Below are positions 57,882-64,000 of a stretch of 64,000 nucleotides of DNA, piece after piece. This stretch comes from Leptogorgia sarmentosa. Lineage: Eukaryota. The stretch spans positions 25,110,001 through 25,174,000 of the forward strand of contig OZ210885.1 of the NCBI GenBank assembly GCA_964658305.1, read 5' to 3'. The translations under genes and the position numbers were made by a program. The notes beneath the pieces are model-generated. The model was given only the letters and a program-made list of their open reading frames with translations. It made no database searches and was not told where the DNA came from. Within the stretch, counting starts at the first letter, position 1, and each line of letters opens with the position of its first letter.

Positions 57882-60800
57882 ATGGATAAATCATTGGAAC
57901 TTTCATGCAAGATAAAAACATTAACGTTTCGGATGAACAAGACCAATGACGTCATCGATAAAAGGGATAGGGAGGCTCTGGAGCGACAACATTTATCAGT
58001 TGCGTCAAGTGCAACGGTAAAGAGACCATTGAAGACAGCATGTTTGCGAAGGGAGAAACAGAGGAAAAGGTTAAGGAATGGTCACAGGAAGTCGAAGGGT
58101 TGTTAGCTGAGGCAGATCAATGCACCCGTTTGATCACCAACGAACTAAAGGGTATTGAAGCAGCTGCCCAAGAGAGTGTGATCTTAAAAGAACAACAGCA
58201 GAAGCTGCAGTTTGAGAAAGAATTGACAGAGCAACGTTTACGTCAAGAGCAAGAATTAATTCTAGAGAAAAGAAAACTTGACCTGGAATATCATGAAAGG
58301 TTGAAAGAGGTACAACAAAGCTCAACCCCACATGAAACTGGGTTTGTAAAAATGCCAAAGCTGGTTATAACTAAATTTGACGGAACACCTCAAGACTGGG
58401 TCAGATTTTGGGGACAATTCCATGCACAAATCGACAAATCCAATGTGGATCCTGTTACGAAGTTTTCGTACCTCAAAGAGCTAGTGGAAATTAAGGTGCG
58501 CAAATTAATTGATGGGCTCCCGTTTACAGATGAAGGATATGAAAGGGCGAAGAGGCTTTTGGAGAAAAAATTTGGAGATTCGAGTGAAGTAGTTGGTGCA
58601 TATGTGAGAAGTATACTGGAGTTACCGACCATTGTGATTGGCAATACGCCTATAAAGCGAGTTAGCACCACTAAATCACTGGGTGTGATGATCGATGAGA
58701 CTTTAACCTGGCATTCGCAAGTTGATCTTATAACCAAAAAAGTAAACAAGGGTCTTTATGTCCTCAGACGATTAAGGGAATTTACGGACTTAAAGACTCT
58801 AGTTACTGCATATAAAACTTTAGTCCAACCACACTTTGACTACTGCTCACAAGTTTGGGGGAGCCTGGGAATCACCCTCCAAAACAAATTGCAGCGGTTA
58901 CAAAATAGAGCAGTACGTATCATTACAAAGCGAGGATATGACTACAGATCAGTCGACATACTTAATGAGTTACACTTGCCAAATTTAAATGTAAGAAGAC
59001 AAAATCAATTATGTAATATAATGTACAAAGTTAATTGCAATGAGGTACCTGACTATCTTGTAGATCTGTTTACTAAAACAAGTTCAACACATGGTTATCA
59101 AACCAGACAGGCCGAATTTAATTTTGTGCCCCCAAAACCAAACACGAACTTTTGTAAAAAATCATTTTCATATAGAGGTGCTGTGGCTTGGAACAAATTA
59201 CCTAACCATTTAAAAAGCTTGAATCAATACGCAACATTTAAAAGAAGTTTAGTATTAAGTAATACAGTATGATATTTTTAACGCTTACTTTTGTTATATT
59301 ATTAATATAAGTATTTATTTTTTTGTAATGTGCATGTGCACGGCCTATTGGAAGATCACTTCTCATTTTGTAAATAGTTTTTAACTTTATTGTGAAATAG
59401 TACCGTGGGTAAATAAAGTCATTATACGAGAAAGAGACGTGGTGAAAATACACAACTTTTATGAAACACTGTTATATAATGTGGAGTCTTTACAAACATT
59501 GGACAGTCTTGGTAAGCCGGATGCGGCAGTTAGATTCACCGTTGACAAATTGGATGCGATTAAGAGCGAGTTAGCGATGACTAACGAAGACTGGAACCAA
59601 TGGACCTTTGAACAATTTGTTGAAGCTCTTGGAAAGTGGACGAAAAACAATCCAGTAAAGGATAGTCAACAGAAGAAATTTCCAAGAGAAAGGGGTAGAT
59701 CGTTTTTTGCAAATAGAGACAATGGTAATCACACGAGAGGCTGTCTCTTCTGTTCTAATGAAAAGCACAAGGCTCTTAACTGTGACAAAGTTGTTCGATG
59801 TGAAGACCGGAAGAAAATCTTCGCAGAAAAGCATCTGTGCTTCAACTGTGCGGGGGGCAAACACAGAGCTGCGGATTGTAAAAGCAAAGGTAGATGCCAG
59901 ACCTGCGGCGGAAAGCATCACACTACGATTTGTGACAAGAATACGGAACGTAAAGAACCTGGTATGACCGCCAATCACGTCGGCTGAAACAAAGTGGTAC
60001 AACAGCCATTGATCTTAGTGGTGCTAAGGTGAAATCTACTAGCCGTCGTCAAATTGCTATGCTAACGGGAATCACCACCAGAACCATGCAAGTGTATAAC
60101 GTTCAAGTCAGTTCCTTAGCCAACGATTTTAGCTTGAATGTAAATCTCACGAAGATTGAGAACAGGGAACTTTTGTCATTGGAGAACCCCCGCTACAGGA
60201 CACTCATTGAAGAATACGAGCATCTTCAGGTAGTACATATGGATGATGATGATCCCAAGGATCTCCTTCCAATTCACCTCATACTTGGCGCAAACGACTA
60301 CGCAAAGATACGCACCGGAGAGAAACTACTCGTGGGTCGCATTGGGGAGCCGGTGGCAGAACCTACAAGATTCGGTTGGGCTATGATGTCACCGGGCACG
60401 GAACAAGAAACAACGGTTGGTTGCTTGGCCGTTAATTCGACAACCGACTACGATAACCTTTGTTGATTGGATGTACTTGGACTGGCGGATACTCTCAATC
60501 ACAAGGAGCAATTCATGGACGAGTTTAAAGAACAGCTGACAAGGAGTGAGGATGGACGATTTGAGACCTCTTTACCCTGGAAGCCTAATCACGAACTACT
60601 GTACAACAACTGCGACGGAAGTTTACGAAGAACAAACGGACTTGTGCGCAAGCTAAGGCGAACGAACATGCTTGATGAGTATGACGCTGTGATTCGAGAT
60701 CAACTTAGCGAAGGGATTGTCGAAAGGGCGCCACAAGAGGTAACTGGCAAAGAATTTTATCTTCCCCATAGAGCGGTTATTAGAGAAAACGCTGAATCCA

Positions 60801-63800
60801 CCAAGATTCGTGTCGTGTATGATGCGTCAGCCCGTCCTAGTGAAACCTCTCCCTCCTTGAATGACTGCCTACTTACTGGCCCTCCGCTGCATAGCCAACT
60901 TTGGTCAGTCCTCATTAGAAATCGTTTCAACCCAGTGGCATTCACAGGTGATCTTTGAAAGGCCTTGCTTCAAATCGTGATTCGTCAAGCTGATCGAGAC
61001 GCCCTTCGCTTTCATTGGATCCGTGATTTACAGTCCACTGAGATGGAAGTACTTCGTTTTACTCGTGTCGTTTTTGGCCTGACGTCGTCGCCCTTCCTAT
61101 TGAATGGAGTCATCGCTCAACACCTAGAATCTATAGAGCCCAGATTTCCCAAGAGTGTTGCGGAAATTCGTAAGAATCTGTACGTCGACGACCTCATATC
61201 TGGTGGACCCACAACCGAGAAAGTTGCGAACCTTAAACGTGATGCGGTTGAGATATTGGAAGATGCCCAGTTCCATTTGCACAAATAGCATTCTAATGCT
61301 ACCGGACTTGAGTCCGACTTGAACGATGGCGAACTCACCTTCGCAAAACAGCAACTGAATGGCGACCACACGGATAACCAATGTAAACTCCTCGGTATGA
61401 AATGGAACAAACAAAGGGATGTTCTTCAGGTTGAATTTCCGACTGTACCCGCTGTCTTAACGAAACGTGGTGTGTTAGCGTATCTTGCCAAAATCTACGA
61501 CCCCCTGGGGGTAATCTCGCCAATGTTACTCGAAGGAAAGCTAGTCTTCCGAGAAATTTGTGAAGCCAAGATTGGATGGGACGGAGCTATTCCAGACGAA
61601 TTGCGAAAGCATTGGTCCAAATGGGAGAGTGGTCTACCAAAAGTCGTGTCGCTTCCTCGTTGCATCCCAATCTATCGTGAAACGCTAACTGAAATTCGAT
61701 TACATTCCTTTAAGGACGCTAGCAAGAAGGGAGTCTGTGCAGCTGTTTACGCGGTGATCCAGCAAGAATCCGGCAGTGCACAAGCTTTGGTGACAGCAAA
61801 ATCCCGACTAGCTAAGACAAACCTAACGATCCCAAGACTTGAACTGGTAGCAGGGCACATGGCTGTGAACCTCGCCGTCAATGTCAGAAATGCCCTTCAA
61901 GGTTTCAAGATAGCAGATGAGCTCTACTGCTGGCTCGATAGTACGGTCGCATTGCATTGGTTGAACCATGACGGGGAGTATCGGCAGTTCGTTGAAAATC
62001 GGGTCACGAAAATGAAAAGTCATCAAAACGTGATCTGGCGACATGTACCCACGGCTGAAAACCCCGCGGACTTGGGGAGCCGTGGCGGTAGCGTCGAGGA
62101 GAATGATCTCTGGTGGAACGGGCCTACCTGGTTGGCGGACTCGGACCGATGGCCACCCAATCTTGTGACGAAAGTGAGCGAAACGAGTGAGGCCGAAAGG
62201 AAAGTCCGACGCGAACTGTTCGCGGTTGGTGTCGAAAGAGAAAACAGTCTCATCGATCGAGTACTGGAGAGGTTTGATTTGCCTAAGTCGTTGAGAATTC
62301 TTGGGTGGATTTCGCGATTCGCCCATAACTGTCGTCACCCGTCGGAGAAGATCACCGGAGCGATGACTACAAACGAGATTCTGGTACAAGAGAAGATATT
62401 AGTTAAAGGAACGCAGCAAGAGTTCCTGGAGTCCGAGAAATTCAAAGAGGACAAGGATCAACTGAATTTGCAACTGAATGTTGATGGAGTCTGGGAATGC
62501 CATGGAAGAATTCGCGGCGAGTACCCGATCTACTTACCGGATCAAGCTCTCTTTACTTCCAAGCTTGTGGAGAGAGCCCACCATCACACTCTGCATGGAG
62601 GAGTTGGACTGGTTATGTCAAACCTTCGCGAACGGTATTGGATCCCGCGCCTCCGTAAGCTGGTGAAGAAAGTCATCCGTACGTGTTGGGGGTGCAAACG
62701 GTTTCGGGTTGTTCCGGCAAAAGCTCCACCCCCAGGCCCGCTGCCAGAAACGAGAACAATTCCATCAAGCCCGTTTAACATCATCGGGGTCGACTTCGCT
62801 GGTCCGATCAAACACCAGAAGAACGGAAGGGAGACGAAAGCGTATATTGTTTTGTACACTTGTAGCTTAACTCGAGCCGTTTTCCTGGACTTGTTGCCGA
62901 GTTTAGAAACGAGGGAATTTATCAAGAGTTTCAAACGATTGGTAGCCAGACGAGGGAGACCGTCAGTTATTTATTCCGACAACGGGTCTACTTTCGTTGC
63001 GGCTTCAAAGTGGTTAAAGTCTGTCCGTAAGGATGAAGAGCTAAACGAGTTTCTGTGTGAGCTTTCTATATCGTGGAGATTCAATCTCAGCAGGACCCCC
63101 TGGTGGGGAGTCCAATTTGAAAGACTGATAGGTGTCATGAAAGGCTGTTTCTACAAAACAGTGGGAAATGGATTGTTGTCGTGGGATGAACTGACTGAGG
63201 TGCTGCTCGATATTGAGATTGCAATGAATAACAGACCATTGTGTTACATGAAGGAAGACGAACAGCAGCCGACCTTAACGCCAAATGCTATGTTGCTTGC
63301 CAATCCTAACTTTTTACCGGAATTAAAACCGTATCATGAGGAAGAAAATTTGCGAAAACAAGCGAAGTATTTGAAGAAGACAAAGGAAGATATGTGGCGG
63401 CATTGGACCAACGAATATATGAGAGCCTTGAGGGAACGTCATAGGTTGAAACACAATTCTCGAGGACCAAACCTCTCGGTTGGCGACGTTGTGCTGATTA
63501 AGTCGAGCGAACGAAACAGAAATGCTGGCCAATGGGAATTGTCAAAGAGCTCATTAAAGGCAAGGACGGAGTCTTTCGTGCAGCAAAACTGAAAAGCGGC
63601 CGTGATTGTTTAGAACGTACGCCACAACATCTGTACCCTCTTGAATTAAGCTGTGACACCTTTAAACGGACGGACGGGGAGAATGTTATCGCCCAGAAGC
63701 CAGTTGAGTTGAATCCAGATGCGCTCAGATTCATGCCGAAAAGACATGCTGCTGTCGAGGCACGGAAACGGGCTTACGAACAATTGCGTGATGAACAGAC

Positions 63801-63810
63801 ACTTGATTAA
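57882..63810 (+). pseudogene. BEL/Pao gag-pol, with several stops, frameshifts and a LINE insertion
   Basis: ORFs at 57837, 58040, 59439, 60029, 60467, 60965, 61319 and 63532; stops at 60464, 60956 and 61286. Confidence 0.88.
58634..59423 (+). mobile_element. 5'-truncated L2/CR1-group LINE inserted in BEL gag
   Basis: KSLGVMIDETLTW..YKTLVQPHFDYCSQVW..LQRLQNRAVRII..SFSYRGAVAWNKLP; 3' AATAAAGTCATT; BEL frame resumes ELPTI|RERDVVKIH. Confidence 0.88.
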
Positions 63811-64000
63811 TGATCTTATCTCTGAACATAACATTAACATAATCGAACTCTATAGGTCGAACAGTTACTGTTGAGTTTTCTTTTGTTATACATGCATATG
63901 ATTTGCAACAATATGCATGGGGGAGGGTGTAGAAAACGTCATGTTACTTTAGATATAGGAGAGAGTGAGCACGAGGCGTAGTGAACGTTTATGGGTTGTG

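Larger units (their letters stand above)
57443..64000 (+). mobile_element. BEL/Pao LTR retrotransposon; 3' LTR runs off the window
   Basis: LTRs start TGTAGAAAACGTC at 57443 and 63928 (73/73 identical where visible); PPT GGGGGAGGG 63919-63927; three Gag Cys-His boxes; RT YVDD; RNase H DAS; integrase H..H..CxxC, VDFAGP, SDNG. Confidence 0.93.

Overview
Eukaryotic, repeat-saturated window with no ordinary host protein-coding gene. Spliceosomal GT-AG introns, animal-type tRNAs and the mix of transposon families suggest an invertebrate, plausibly a cnidarian (inference). 1-25 kb: nested stack. A Helentron (2A-like peptide, OTU, 30-aa repeats, HUH Rep, PIF1 helicase, APE endonuclease) is split by a MULE (2849-15860, 9-bp TSD, transposase-SWIM-Ulp1-PHD). 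The MULE is split by a MITE and by a 6.3-kb tyrosine-recombinase (DIRS-like) retroelement (about 5101-11416). A 4.06-kb tandem duplication then copied the MULE right end plus Helentron Rep/helicase. 25-29 kb: intact hAT inserted into a small hairpin element. 28.7-36.8 kb: 5S rRNA-like copies and about 20 tRNA genes/pseudogenes in duplicated and inverted modules. 37-64 kb: Harbinger, IS3EU-like (with a convergent HECT fragment), two decayed hATs, a HINE, Gypsy, a KDZ fragment and BEL/Pao with a nested LINE. The most unusual object is the YR retroelement. It has an ALOG-domain recombinase and an RT-RNaseH-adenine methylase. One 45-codon leader exon could splice in phase 0 to three acceptors in front of Gag, Pol and YR. 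An array of 13 GC hairpins at about 40-bp period lies in the first predicted intron. The ends lack LTRs, split direct repeats or an ICR and instead form an att/lox-like site (13-bp inverted arms, 7-bp target overlap).
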